A DNA stretch of 64,000 nt. It comes from Coleofasciculus chthonoplastes F2-STO-03 (GTDB lineage Bacteria; Cyanobacteriota; Cyanobacteriia; Cyanobacteriales; Coleofasciculaceae). The DNA lies in assembly GCA_040222015.1 (NCBI GenBank), contig JAVJWO010000040.1, positions 71,964 through 135,963 on the forward strand, given 5' to 3'. Below, piece by piece: positions 43,727-53,851 of the stretch. A program made the translations under genes and the position numbers. How positions within the stretch are numbered: the first letter of the stretch is position 1; the number at the start of each line of letters is the position of its first letter. Under the pieces are notes generated by a model. It saw nothing but the letters and a program-made list of their open reading frames with translations. It was not told where the DNA came from and did not search any database.

Positions 43727-44644
43727 TTGCATCCTCAACTGTCAATTGGTATTTTTGTTCATTCCCCAGCCCTGGCGCAGTCACTGAGCCAGGTTTTAAG
43801 TGGCGATCGCTATCTGTTATCGATCGCGAACTCAGCCTCTGAGTTTCTGGAGTTCGTAGAACAAAAACAGCAGCATATCGATTGTTTAGTGCTGCAAGAT
43901 GACGACGCCTTACCACCCGTTATTAATCAGTTGTACGAACAAGGAAGCCTACTTCCTCTAGTTATTTTTCCCAAAGAATCAAAAAACAATGATTCTGGTG
44001 TTGTCACAAATGCTCAGCCAAACCCAATTCAGACAACCGTTCGTTGTACACCAGGGGAGGTGCATTATTTGTTTCACGCCGCTGAAGTTCGACTCGATAT
44101 TAGCCAAGTCTCTGAGCTAGAACATTTCCTAGAACAGGCAATTACCCAGTTTCTTTCCCTCTCTCCGAACTGCAACTTGCCTATTCTTCCGGCTAATGCG
44201 GATAAGAAAACCGAAGAAATTCATCGGGGTTCTTTAATGAAGCAGCAGTCTCGGTTATCTGAAAAACTCAAAGAGCGGCTGGGATATCTCGGTGTGTACT
44301 ATAAACGAAATCCTCAGTTTTTCTTTCGCTATTTATCGCAAAATGAAAAAAGCAAACTGATCGAACAGCTTAAGAGTGATTATCGTGAGATTGTTTTAAT
44401 TTACTTCAGTCAAGACACCACAATTAACCAGTTAATTGATAATTTTGTCAACGAAGCATTTTTTGCCGATATATCCGTTTCTAAGATTGTAGAAATTCAC
44501 ATGGATTTGATGGATAATTTTTCTAAACAACTCAAGCTAGAGGGGCGCAAGGAAGATATTCTCACAGACTATCGTCTAACACTGATCGATGTAATTGCTC
44601 ATTTAGGTGAAATGTATCGTCGCTCGATTCCCAGAGAGTTATAA
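43727..44644 (+). CDS. kaiA: Circadian clock protein KaiA (full-length)
   Basis: LKERLGYLGVYYKR, LKLEGR, DYRLTLIDVIAHLGEMYRRSIPRE; TTG start. Confidence 0.97.
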   Translation: MHPQLSIGIFVHSPALAQSLSQVLSGDRYLLSIANSASEFLEFVEQKQQHIDCLVLQDDDALPPVINQLYEQGSLLPLVIFPKESKNNDSGVVTNAQPNPIQTTVRCTPGEVHYLFHAAEVRLDISQVSELEHFLEQAITQFLSLSPNCNLPILPANADKKTEEIHRGSLMKQQSRLSEKLKERLGYLGVYYKRNPQFFFRYLSQNEKSKLIEQLKSDYREIVLIYFSQDTTINQLIDNFVNEAFFADISVSKIVEIHMDLMDNFSKQLKLEGRKEDILTDYRLTLIDVIAHLGEMYRRSIPREL

Positions 44645-44762
44645 TTATAATTGTGGTATTAGCAATTCGCTCCCGACCCATCAACGTCCACGGTGAACGA
44701 ATTTATTCCGGGTTACTTTTAAATTGGCAACTATCCTTCGCTTATTCCTAATGGCTAACCCT

Positions 44763-45077
44763 ATGAGTCCCCTAAAAAAAACTTATGTCCTCAAGCTTTA
44801 TGTGGCTGGGAATACTCCCCACTCAGTTACCGCATTGAAAACCCTCAAAAATATCCTGGAACAGGAATTTCAAGGGGTTTACGCCCTGAAAGTGATTGAT
44901 GTTCTCAAAAGTCCTCAACTTGCCGAGGAAGATAAAATTTTGGCAACGCCAACTCTAGCGAAAGTTTTACCCCCTCCGGTGCGAAAAATTATTGGGGATC
45001 TGTCTGATCGCGAAAAAGTCTTAATCGGATTGGATCTGCTGTATGAAGAACTTCAGGATGGAGAGATAGATTTTTAG
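44763..45077 (+). CDS. kaiB: Circadian clock protein KaiB
   Basis: [39 protein letters not shown]. Confidence 0.98.
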   Translation: MSPLKKTYVLKLYVAGNTPHSVTALKTLKNILEQEFQGVYALKVIDVLKSPQLAEEDKILATPTLAKVLPPPVRKIIGDLSDREKVLIGLDLLYEELQDGEIDF

Positions 45078-45170
45078 GGCAGGTTCAGATTTTATGAGAT
45101 AATAGCAGATTCGAGATCTATTCTCAGATGACGGCGATTTTAGTTATATCTTTAAATTTGACGAAAAAAT

Positions 45171-46730
45171 ATGAGTCCATTTAATCTAGATGAGCAAAGA
45201 CCAGATGAATTTACCACCCCAGGAGTCCATAAAATCCGGACGATGATTGAAGGGTTCGATGATATCAGCCATGGGGGGTTACCTGTGGCTCGAACCACAC
45301 TGGTTAGTGGCACCTCTGGTACGGGTAAAACATTGTTTGCGGTTCAGTTTCTGCATAACGGGATCACTCAATTTGATGATCCGGGTGTCTTCGTTACCTT
45401 TGAAGAATCTCCCAACGATATTATTAAAAATTCCCATAGTTTAGGCTGGGATCTGCAAAAGTTAATTGATGACGGCAAACTGTTTATTCTGGATGCTTCT
45501 CCTGATCCCGAAGGACAAGAAGTTGTCGGCAACTTTGATTTGTCCGCTTTAATTGAGCGGATTCAATACGCGATTCGCAAGTACAAAGCCAAGCGGGTTT
45601 CGGTTGATTCGATTACTGCCATATTTCAACAATACGATGCGGCTTCAGTGGTGCGGCGAGAAATTTTTCGCTTAGTCGCTCGTCTCAAACAAATTGGCGT
45701 GACGACGGTGATGACGACGGAGCGCGTGGAAGAGTATGGACCCGTAGCCAGGTTTGGCGTGGAAGAGTTTGTCTCCGATAATGTGGTAATTGTTCGCAAT
45801 GTTTTGGAAGGAGAACGGCGACGCCGCACCATTGAAATTCTCAAGCTACGGGGTACAACCCACATGAAAGGAGAATACCCGTTTACCCTAAGCAATCAAG
45901 GATTTAATATCTTCCCCTTAGGTGCCATGCAATTAACTCAGCGTTCATCTAATGTTCGGGTATCCTCTGGAATTAAAACCCTGGATGAAATGTGTGGCGG
46001 TGGCTTCTTTAAAGATTCCATTATTCTAGCAACGGGAGCTACGGGAACGGGAAAAACTTTATTAGTTAGTAAGTTTATTCATGATGCTTGTTTAAATGAA
46101 GAACGGGCGATTCTCTTTGCTTACGAAGAATCCAGAGCGCAGCTCACGCGAAACGGTTTATCCTGGGGAATCGATTTCGAGGAAATGGAGGAAAAAGGAT
46201 TATTAAAAATTCTTTGTTCTTACCCAGAATCAGCCGGATTAGAAGATCATTTGCAAATTATTCAAACCCAAATTCAGGAGTTCAAACCGTCTCGGATTGC
46301 CATTGATTCTCTTTCGGCGTTAGCACGGGGAGTGAGCAATAATGCATTCCGTCAGTTCGTGATTAGTGTGACTGGTTACGCCAAGCAAGAAGAAATTACC
46401 GGGTTTTTTACCAATACAACGGATCAATTTATGGGATCGAATTCAATTACAGATTCCCATATTTCTACGATTACTGATACAATTTTAATGTTGCAATACG
46501 TGGAAATTCGGGGGCAAATGTCGCGGGCGCTTAATGTATTTAAAATGCGGGGATCTTGGCACGATACCGGAATTCGAGAGTATCTAATTAGCAAAAATGG
46601 GGCAGACATTAAAGATTCATTCCGCAATTACGAGCGGATTATCAGTGGTTCCCCCAGTCGAATTACGGTTGACGAAAAGAGTGAACTCTCGCGGATTGTG
46701 CAAGGTGTGCGGCAAAAGTCAACGGAATAG
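45171..46730 (+). CDS. kaiC: Circadian clock kinase KaiC
   Basis: Two Walker A motifs (GTSGTGKT, GATGTGKT) and SHISTITDT phosphosites. Confidence 0.99.
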   Translation: MSPFNLDEQRPDEFTTPGVHKIRTMIEGFDDISHGGLPVARTTLVSGTSGTGKTLFAVQFLHNGITQFDDPGVFVTFEESPNDIIKNSHSLGWDLQKLIDDGKLFILDASPDPEGQEVVGNFDLSALIERIQYAIRKYKAKRVSVDSITAIFQQYDAASVVRREIFRLVARLKQIGVTTVMTTERVEEYGPVARFGVEEFVSDNVVIVRNVLEGERRRRTIEILKLRGTTHMKGEYPFTLSNQGFNIFPLGAMQLTQRSSNVRVSSGIKTLDEMCGGGFFKDSIILATGATGTGKTLLVSKFIHDACLNEERAILFAYEESRAQLTRNGLSWGIDFEEMEEKGLLKILCSYPESAGLEDHLQIIQTQIQEFKPSRIAIDSLSALARGVSNNAFRQFVISVTGYAKQEEITGFFTNTTDQFMGSNSITDSHISTITDTILMLQYVEIRGQMSRALNVFKMRGSWHDTGIREYLISKNGADIKDSFRNYERIISGSPSRITVDEKSELSRIVQGVRQKSTE

Positions 46731-46733
46731 TTA

Positions 46734-46761
46734 TTGGTCATTGGTCATTGGTCATTGGTCA
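46734..46761 (+). repeat. STRR2 heptamer (TTGGTCA)x4
   Basis: Read directly after the kaiC stop. Confidence 0.95.
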
Positions 46762-46773
46762 TGATTTGGTATT

Positions 46774-46929
46774 AGGGCGGGTTTTGTTGAGATGTTATCA
46801 CGGAGATTCCAATTGAATAAGGGCGGGTTTTGTTGAGATGTTATCACGGAGATTCTAATTAAATAAGGGCGGGTTTTGTTGTTCCATTATTGGTGGATAT
46901 TTGAATTGAGTCCCTAAACCCGCCCCTAC
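46774..46929. repeat. Mosaic REP cluster: 46-bp tandem units plus a reverse 65-bp element
   Basis: AGGGCGGGTTTTGT at 46774, 46820 and 46866; closed by GTCCCTAAACCCGCCCCTAC. Confidence 0.9.
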
Positions 46930-46949
46930 AATTATCCCTACATCCGCCT

Positions 46950-48149
46950 CTACAATTGATTCGCGATCGCGTCCACTAACCGATCCATTTCCTCATAGTC
47001 CGTAAAGTAATGAACGCAGGCGCGAATGCAGTCGGGATCACGAAGGGTGCGAAGCTGGAAACCCTTGTCTGCTAATTGTTTGACGAGTTGGGAAGAGGGG
47101 GTACTATCGGTTAAGACAAAGGAGACTAAACCCGCTTGGGGGGGAGAGTTCAACAGGCAACGCACCGAGTTTAACTGGGATAAGCGTTGCCAAAGATACT
47201 GACTGCGCTGACAAATTTGTTCGTAGCGGCTTTGATCCGTTCCCCATTGCTGATGAGTTGCGATCGCCTCTCGCAATCCAACATAGAGAGGATAGGCGGA
47301 GGTGGCGACTTCAAAGCGTTCTCCATCCGGCTTCCAGCCGATGGGTTTACCTCTGTTGTCCATCGTAATACCGCGCCAACCAATAAATGTGGGATGCAGG
47401 TGTTCTAATACATCAGGGCGCACGTATAAACCGCCAACCCCAGCAGGTCCACACCACCATTTATGACCTGTAAAGGCATAAAAGTCTACCCCAAGTTCGC
47501 TTAAATTTAAGGGTAAGGAACCAACAGATTGAGCCGCATCGACTAAAATTTGAATTGGGGCATTTTCGGTTACTGCATTACGACAGGTTTCTACAATTTC
47601 TTTTAAGGGCAAAACTTGACCCGTATTCCAGAGGATATGACTAAGAACGACTAACCGGGTACGCGGTGTCAGATGTTGTTTGATTACGGCGGTAGGATCA
47701 CCCTGGTTCAGCGTCGCCATAATTGGACAGGTGGACACCTCTACGCCAAATCGCCGTCCGATCTCTTCTGCTGTAGCCACAATACCCGGATGTTCACAAT
47801 CCGTCAGCAGGATGCGATCGCCAACTTGCCAGTCTATCCCCCAGAAGGCAATATTACAGCCAACGGTGACATTTTCGGTGAGGGTAATCGTTTCGGGAGG
47901 CGTTCTCAACTCAGATGCGATCGCGCTTCGGGTGTACTGGGTTTGTTCCAAGCGCCACTCATTGACCTTACCGGAAAACGGTCCATGTTCCTGAGTATAC
48001 TCATAAGCCTGTTGAATCGCCGTTAATGACCTTGAGGGGAGAGTCCCTTGACCGCCAAAGTTGAAATAGGCTTTGTTGGCTAAAGCCGGAAACTGCTGTC
48101 GATGGTGTTGCAGATGAGTTGATGCACCCGATAGGTCTGTCATTGGCAA
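46950..48149 (-). CDS. Class V PLP aminotransferase (cysteine/cystine lyase, C-DES-like)
   Basis: YFNFGGQG, VLSHILWNTG, VDAAQS, FTGHKW. Confidence 0.9.
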   Translation of the reverse strand: MPMTDLSGASTHLQHHRQQFPALANKAYFNFGGQGTLPSRSLTAIQQAYEYTQEHGPFSGKVNEWRLEQTQYTRSAIASELRTPPETITLTENVTVGCNIAFWGIDWQVGDRILLTDCEHPGIVATAEEIGRRFGVEVSTCPIMATLNQGDPTAVIKQHLTPRTRLVVLSHILWNTGQVLPLKEIVETCRNAVTENAPIQILVDAAQSVGSLPLNLSELGVDFYAFTGHKWWCGPAGVGGLYVRPDVLEHLHPTFIGWRGITMDNRGKPIGWKPDGERFEVATSAYPLYVGLREAIATHQQWGTDQSRYEQICQRSQYLWQRLSQLNSVRCLLNSPPQAGLVSFVLTDSTPSSQLVKQLADKGFQLRTLRDPDCIRACVHYFTDYEEMDRLVDAIANQL

Positions 48150-48400
48150 GTTTTTACTTTTACTATCCCCAGGAATGAATCATTATAATCCCAATCATCC
48201 CAATTTTTCAACACAATAAGCATATATACTGATCAGTTTCTGAGAAACTCAGCCATTCTGCGTAGGATTATTCAGCGAATCAACGGATTATTTGTTACAG
48301 GAAGTAAAGGTATTCTGGTAGGCAGCATAGACATCTAAAAGCAATTTCCTATTTTTATTGCGTCCCAGCCGATTGAAACTATCGGGACATAAAACCCAAT

Positions 48401-48666
48401 GTAGGGGCGGGTTTAGGGACAAAATTAATGGAGCCACAAATCACCTTTATACAAAACCCGCCCTGCCCCAATCTTTCACTGCGATCGCGGTTGAGAATAA
48501 GGTGGGTTGGGTTGTCCAGTTTCGGATTAATCGATTGCCTTTCGGTGGGGGAATGGGCGGGTTTTGTTGTTCCATTATTGGTGGATATTTGAATTGAGTC
48601 CCTAAACCCGCCCCTACAATTATTCCTAAACCCGCCCCTACAATTATTCCTAAACCCGCCCCTACA
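48401..48666. repeat. Mosaic REP cluster: inverted pair of 65-bp elements plus 24-bp tandem units
   Basis: Forward element 48401-48465, reverse element 48555-48617, CCTAAACCCGCCCCTACAATTATT about 3 times. Confidence 0.9.
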
Positions 48667-48738
48667 TCTAATTTTTCTGCCCCAAATGCCTTGGCGAATA
48701 AATCACGCAAATTTATTTTTTTGTCCAAAGTTCAATAC

Positions 48739-49959
48739 TTAAGCGCGAAGCTTAAATTGGGCGATAATAATGCCGATAATGGCTAAAATGGCGGTGGGAT
48801 AGAAAGCATAAGTATAACTGCCAAACAAATCCCGGATTTGTCCGATGGCTAGAGTTCCTAAAAATGCTCCAGCGCCATAGGCAGTGAAGACAATCCCATA
48901 GTTCTTAGCATAGTCCTCTGGAGGAAACAGAATCAGGGTGGCTGTCGGTGCGATCGCCAACCATCCTCCTAAGCAAAGCCAGAACAGCGAAAAGGCAACC
49001 AGATAGGTCAAAGCTTGCCCCTCTCCAGCATTGAGCATCAAAATTGAAGCTATCAGAATTAACACATAGGAAATAATCGCTGCTCCCTTGGGCTGTAGGC
49101 GATCTGTTAACCAACCAAATAGAGGACGCCCGATGCCATTAAAGATAGCAAAGATAGAAACTGTAATCGCGGCGGTAGTCGCATCGAGTTTAATAATTTC
49201 CTGTGCCACGGGGCTAGAAATACCGATCGCCGAAAGTCCGACAAACGTGCCGATGGTATAGCAAAACCAGAGCGCATAAAAGGATGGCGATTGCAAGAGT
49301 TGTCGCCGCTGATTTTTGGTTGTTTCGATCGGTTTTGGCGTCCAGTTTTTGGGTTTCCATCCGACTGGGGGTAATTTTAGGGTGATTGAGATAACGAGAA
49401 TAATTGCCGTCAAACTAATCCCCAGAATTGCAAAGCTAGGAAGAACCCCAAACGCTGCAATTAAGCCCTTTGCCATCGGTGCCGTCACCAAGGGAGAAAG
49501 TCCAAACCCGATCGCCGTCAATCCCACTGCCAACCCTTTGCGATCGGGAAACCATTTAGCGGAAACTGCCAGGGGAACACCATAGGCAATACCAACGCCC
49601 GCACCAGCGATTACACCATAGGTAATCGTTAAGAGGATGATATTCGTGGCGAAACTGGAAAGGATATAACCAATTCCCGTCACCACGCCACCAATCGCTG
49701 TAATTTTGCTCACGCCAATCTTATCAATGTAAAATCCCGTAATTGGCATCAACAGGGCATAGAGGACTAATAAAACTGTGAACGGTAATAAACTTTGAGT
49801 GGCGCTGATGCCAAATAAGTCCTCTAGCGGTTTACGAAAAATACTCCAAGAATAGACTGTGCCTAAACACAGTAGGATAAGCGAGCCTAACGGGATTAAA
49901 AACCATCTGCCTTTCTCTGCTGGCAAGCCAAAAACGCGAACAGATTGCCAGTTATCCAT
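48739..49959 (-). CDS. OFA-family (oxalate/formate antiporter-like) MFS transporter
   Basis: GTVYSWSIF, KWFPDRKGLAVG, FNGIGRP, KNYGIVFTAYG. Confidence 0.9.
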   Translation of the reverse strand: MDNWQSVRVFGLPAEKGRWFLIPLGSLILLCLGTVYSWSIFRKPLEDLFGISATQSLLPFTVLLVLYALLMPITGFYIDKIGVSKITAIGGVVTGIGYILSSFATNIILLTITYGVIAGAGVGIAYGVPLAVSAKWFPDRKGLAVGLTAIGFGLSPLVTAPMAKGLIAAFGVLPSFAILGISLTAIILVISITLKLPPVGWKPKNWTPKPIETTKNQRRQLLQSPSFYALWFCYTIGTFVGLSAIGISSPVAQEIIKLDATTAAITVSIFAIFNGIGRPLFGWLTDRLQPKGAAIISYVLILIASILMLNAGEGQALTYLVAFSLFWLCLGGWLAIAPTATLILFPPEDYAKNYGIVFTAYGAGAFLGTLAIGQIRDLFGSYTYAFYPTAILAIIGIIIAQFKLRA

Positions 49960-50349
49960 AGAATCTCCTACACACAGCTAATCATCCAAGAGGATACCAC
50001 CTGAATAGTATCTGATCAGCTAACTGGGTTAAGTTAATTTTCGGCTCTATGATCCCCTATGTCGATTGGGTTGAGGTACGTAGGTAGAACCTTCTCGAAG
50101 AACAAGCCAACTTAGCAGGTAGCTTGCAGAATGTCTGCTTTCTCTGACATTCTCCCCTCATTTTCAATGGGGCTAGCAAGATTTTCTAACTTAGCGTGTT
50201 GCGGGTTGGAATCTGATTCTATCCATAAAATCACGGTATAACTAAATTTGGAGCCGTTTTAACTAACAGTTTGGCATAGTAAGTCCGGAAGAGCCGATTT
50301 CCGAAATTTTTGATCTGTTTTTATCATAAATACTCTCGAAGAGCCAATA

Positions 50350-51342
50350 TCACTCATGAATTCTACCATCAGGCATTGTCGCCCCCTGCAAATTTGCCCC
50401 CATTAAATTCGTGGTACTCAATTCTGCCCGTGTCAGATTAGCATTGCTCAAATTCGCCCCCATCAGGTTTGTTCGTGCTAAATATGCCTCAATTAAATCC
50501 GACTCACTCAAATTCGCTTCCCGTAAATTTGTCCGACTCAAATCCGCCCGATTCAATCGCGCAAAACTCAGATTTCCCCGACTCACTTGGGCTTTATTCA
50601 ACCTGACATCTGGCATTACAGCCCCCTGTAAATTCACGCCAGTCAAATCAGCTTCACTTAACATCGCCCGTTCTAATTTGACATTCTTCAGCATAGCGCC
50701 ACGCAAATTCGCCCCCATCAAATTCACTTCCGTCAAAAATGCCGAACTCAAATTCGCGCCACTCAAATCTGCCCCCCGCAAATCCGCTTCCCGCAAATTC
50801 GTTTCCCTTAAATTGGCACCCCTTAAGTTTACTTTCAATAAATCTGCCCCGCACAAATCAGCCCCTTGTAAATCGACGTTCTGTAAGATGGCGCCCCGCA
50901 GCTTGGCAGTATACATCCGCTTTTCTTCTCGCAAATTCGCCCCGCGTAAACACGCCCCAGTTAAATCCGCCCCACTTAAATTAGCCCCCCGCAAATCAGC
51001 ATCCATTAAGTTAGCATCGAGCAAACTGGCTAATGTCAAATTGGCGCTTCTTAAGTCAGCACTTTGTAAACTTGCCCCATGTAAATCGGCATTATTTAAA
51101 TTAACCCCACTCAGCCACGCCTGATTTAAATTTGCGCCACTTAACCGTGTCCCTACTAAATTCGCTTTCCTTAAATTCGCGCGACTCAGGTAAGCAAAAA
51201 TTAACGTCGCGCCATGTAAATCAGCCCCATTGAGAACAATGCCAATTAAGTCCGCGCCAAACAAATTGACACCGCTGAGGCTGACACCCGTAAACTTGGT
51301 TTCTCCCGCTTCATAGCGCTGTAGGAGTTCTTTAACGTTCAT
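50350..51342 (-). CDS. Pentapeptide repeat protein
   Basis: Continuous A(D/N)LxG-type repeats; MNVKELLQRYEAGE N-cap. Confidence 0.97.
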   Translation of the reverse strand: MNVKELLQRYEAGETKFTGVSLSGVNLFGADLIGIVLNGADLHGATLIFAYLSRANLRKANLVGTRLSGANLNQAWLSGVNLNNADLHGASLQSADLRSANLTLASLLDANLMDADLRGANLSGADLTGACLRGANLREEKRMYTAKLRGAILQNVDLQGADLCGADLLKVNLRGANLRETNLREADLRGADLSGANLSSAFLTEVNLMGANLRGAMLKNVKLERAMLSEADLTGVNLQGAVMPDVRLNKAQVSRGNLSFARLNRADLSRTNLREANLSESDLIEAYLARTNLMGANLSNANLTRAELSTTNLMGANLQGATMPDGRIHE

Positions 51343-52501
51343 AGAATAATTTCATCGATTGTGCGATCGCGCCAGCGGCTTGAATATTTTCATCGGCGTC
51401 CTCCAGGGCTTGTGCTGTCTGGAAAAGCTTGGCTTCAAGTTCCTCAATCGTGGGACAAGTCGAGAACAATTCAAATAACAAATCGTCTAGGGGCTTGGCT
51501 TTCATCAATAACCAATCATGTTGGGTTTTCTTAATCGGATGATAGAGTACCGAAAAAATTAATAATTTTGCCCGCAATGGGGTTGTATATTTCATTACAT
51601 TTAATCGCAAATCAAACGGGTCATACGGGCATGGCTTTGACGTGGAATCCTGAGTTAAATTTTGTCCATTTTCTTGACTTGTAACACCTGATGATTGCTG
51701 ATTTTTGATTGCTGATTGCTGATGGGTAAATTCGTTTTTATCTTCTCGTTGTTGGGTATTCCTGTTCCCTCGATTGATCGGTGAGGGCAAGGTTTTCGGT
51801 GGCGGTGCTGGTGGCTGCGATCGCACCGCTTTTACGGCTTTCACACTGGTAATTTCTGAATCATCAGTATAGAGTTTTTGCAGCACCTTGAGAATGGTTT
51901 TTGCCACGACAATATAGTCTGCCTGTCGGTTGAGGGTTTGCACTTGCTGCTTGAGTGCTGCACTGAGTTTCTTGATGCTAGGGTAAGATTCTCTTAAGTC
52001 TTGAATTAAATCCGCCAAATTTAATTGCTCTAGAATCTGCGAGTCGGTTTCCCAGTGATTTTTACCGACATAAAGCATCAGTTTTTTGATTCGCAGGATA
52101 TTACTATCTTCTTCCAGTTCACTGGCGGTTTCTAATACTATCCATGGGGGTTGAGTCGCAGCATTAGGCGGGGATTTAACCGCGACGACTTGAGTTAATT
52201 CTTCCGGTTCGCTATAGAGGGGTTCTAACTGATGAATAATTGTATCCGCCACGAGTAAATATTCAGCTTGGCGGTTCAAGGTTTCCGCAAAGCTATAAAG
52301 CCTTGAACGAAGCTGCTCCAGACTGACATGGGAGACGCGAAGTTGTTGGATTAAATCAGAGAACTCATACTGATTCAGAATTGATAACTCGTTTTCCCAC
52401 TGACTCTGGCAGGTATAAACCATTAACTTTTTTATCCGCGTTGAATTGTCGTGGGTTTCTAAATTTTTAACAATTCTATCTAAACTCAATAACCCTGGCA
52501 T
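51332..52501 (-). CDS. Hypothetical protein with two internal ~85-aa repeats
   Basis: RIKKLM...WE...L...DLIQ.LR...LNRQA.Y..VA.TI occurs twice; overlaps the pentapeptide gene start. Confidence 0.8.
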   Translation of the reverse strand: MPGLLSLDRIVKNLETHDNSTRIKKLMVYTCQSQWENELSILNQYEFSDLIQQLRVSHVSLEQLRSRLYSFAETLNRQAEYLLVADTIIHQLEPLYSEPEELTQVVAVKSPPNAATQPPWIVLETASELEEDSNILRIKKLMLYVGKNHWETDSQILEQLNLADLIQDLRESYPSIKKLSAALKQQVQTLNRQADYIVVAKTILKVLQKLYTDDSEITSVKAVKAVRSQPPAPPPKTLPSPINRGNRNTQQREDKNEFTHQQSAIKNQQSSGVTSQENGQNLTQDSTSKPCPYDPFDLRLNVMKYTTPLRAKLLIFSVLYHPIKKTQHDWLLMKAKPLDDLLFELFSTCPTIEELEAKLFQTAQALEDADENIQAAGAIAQSMKLFYER

Positions 52502-52843
52502 TAATCTAAATGATGAATTGTGAAATTATCGCTTTTATGGAGAAATAATCCGCCGCATTTTGTTTTTGAGCAGGATGCCTTGAACTGATGTACCTGCTTA
52601 GAGTTATTAACACACATTATTTATTTTGTCAATATTTTAGATTAAACCGATTTCCAACTCTATGATATCAAGACTGCTGGATGTTCCAGACGTAGCCGGC
52701 TAGATCTAGAACAGGTTCCTCTAGCTTCCCCATAAATTATCCTGATCGGGTGGCATAGGCTAAGAAAATTATAAATACTGACCCCATTTTAGTGGCAGTT
52801 TAATCCCTTATCAGTAGTCGATTACGACTCCTTCTAAATCACT

Positions 52844-53125
52844 ATGTTACTTACTCGTCAACAACTCAAAGCCAAAAAACGCAATGCCAAACGGCTCAGT
52901 CAATTACTCCAAGAGGCTAGAAGAGAACTTGAACACAACATTATCATGTTGGAGGATACGGTTCTCGATCAAGGAATTTGGCAAATGTCTGATATTTTGC
53001 CCTCCCAAAATGCCCATTCCGTAATTGGCGAAATTCTGGCGATCGCGGATGCCTGGGAACAACTCAACCATTTTGAAATTGAGGAAAAGTTAGATCATAT
53101 CGAGGGTAAATTCTATCAAAACTAA
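52844..53125 (+). CDS. Hypothetical protein or gene fragment
   Basis: 93-aa ATG ORF with no recognised motif. Confidence 0.4.
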   Translation: MLLTRQQLKAKKRNAKRLSQLLQEARRELEHNIIMLEDTVLDQGIWQMSDILPSQNAHSVIGEILAIADAWEQLNHFEIEEKLDHIEGKFYQN

Positions 53126-53151
53126 ACCATTCTGTTTAATTGGCTCCCTAA

Positions 53152-53373
53152 TCAATTTATCCCACGACCCAAAGGTTAAAGCAATTTCCCCAAGAGTACA
53201 CAGAGATGGCATTTGAGGCATATTGTTTAGGTTACATCAGCTTGAATAAACTAGCTGAACTGCTGGAGATTCCAGTTGAAGAAGCTAAAGTCCAAGTTGA
53301 GGCTCGGAATGCTCCATTAGACTTGGGTGTGAGTGGGGAGTTAGAACTATTGAATGACATTGAGAATGCCTAA
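53152..53373 (+). pseudogene. UPF0175-like / ImmA-IrrE C-terminal-like antitoxin fragment
   Basis: FPQEYTEMAFEAYCLGYISLNKLAELLEI; stop overlaps the PIN gene start (ATGCCTAA). Confidence 0.5.
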
Positions 53374-53836
53374 ACCAGAAGCATCACCCATCATTTTCGA
53401 TAACACCGTCTTGAGTAATTTTGCTCTGGTAAGCTGTCACACATTTAAATTGGGAATGGGTAGCGAGCAAGATGCAAAGCCTGCGGCATGGCTTCGCTTA
53501 ACGCATTACAAGGGTTTTGCCGTTTTTGACATTAAGGTTTAAATGCCGAACAGCTTACAGGCTTTTGATATCTTACGACAGCTTTATGAAAGTAGAGCCT
53601 TTATTTGTCGAGCGGTTCTACAGGAGATTCAGGCAGGAATTGATAGCGGTTGGAAATATCCTTGGTTACGAGGTAGAACTGGATTACAGGTCATTAATCA
53701 GGCATTGGACGAGGGTTGGCTGCAAATCCCCAGAAGTGAGGTCAATCCAGGCGACGATATTGTGGAGCTTCAACTTGCCCTAGAGTATGGTCAACGTTTT
53801 GGTGCAGGAGAGGCAGAAGCAATGGCGATCGCTTGA
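53366..53836 (+). pseudogene. PIN-domain (DUF3368-like) toxin interrupted by a MITE and 3'-truncated
   Basis: IIFDNTVLSNFALV / QAFDILRQLY...VLQEI...GAGEAEAMAIA*. Confidence 0.7.
53430..53557. mobile_element. MITE family A copy with TA duplication
   Basis: G-TA-[AGCTGT...ACAGCT]-TA-CAG; removing 126 nt restores GTA CAG (V-Q) in the PIN gene. Confidence 0.88.
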
Positions 53837-53851
53837 ACGAATAAGTAGATC

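Noticed and set aside
46774-46929. CRISPR-like mini-array (three equally spaced direct repeats)
   Set aside because: The repeat is only 14 nt, two of the spacers are near-identical, and the unit belongs to a dispersed REP family; no cas genes are adjacent
48447-48728. 93-aa ORF with VGAGLGII repeats
   Set aside because: It arises from the 24-bp REP tandem units
50411-51124. 237-aa plus-strand ORF
   Set aside because: Antisense shadow of the pentapeptide repeat gene
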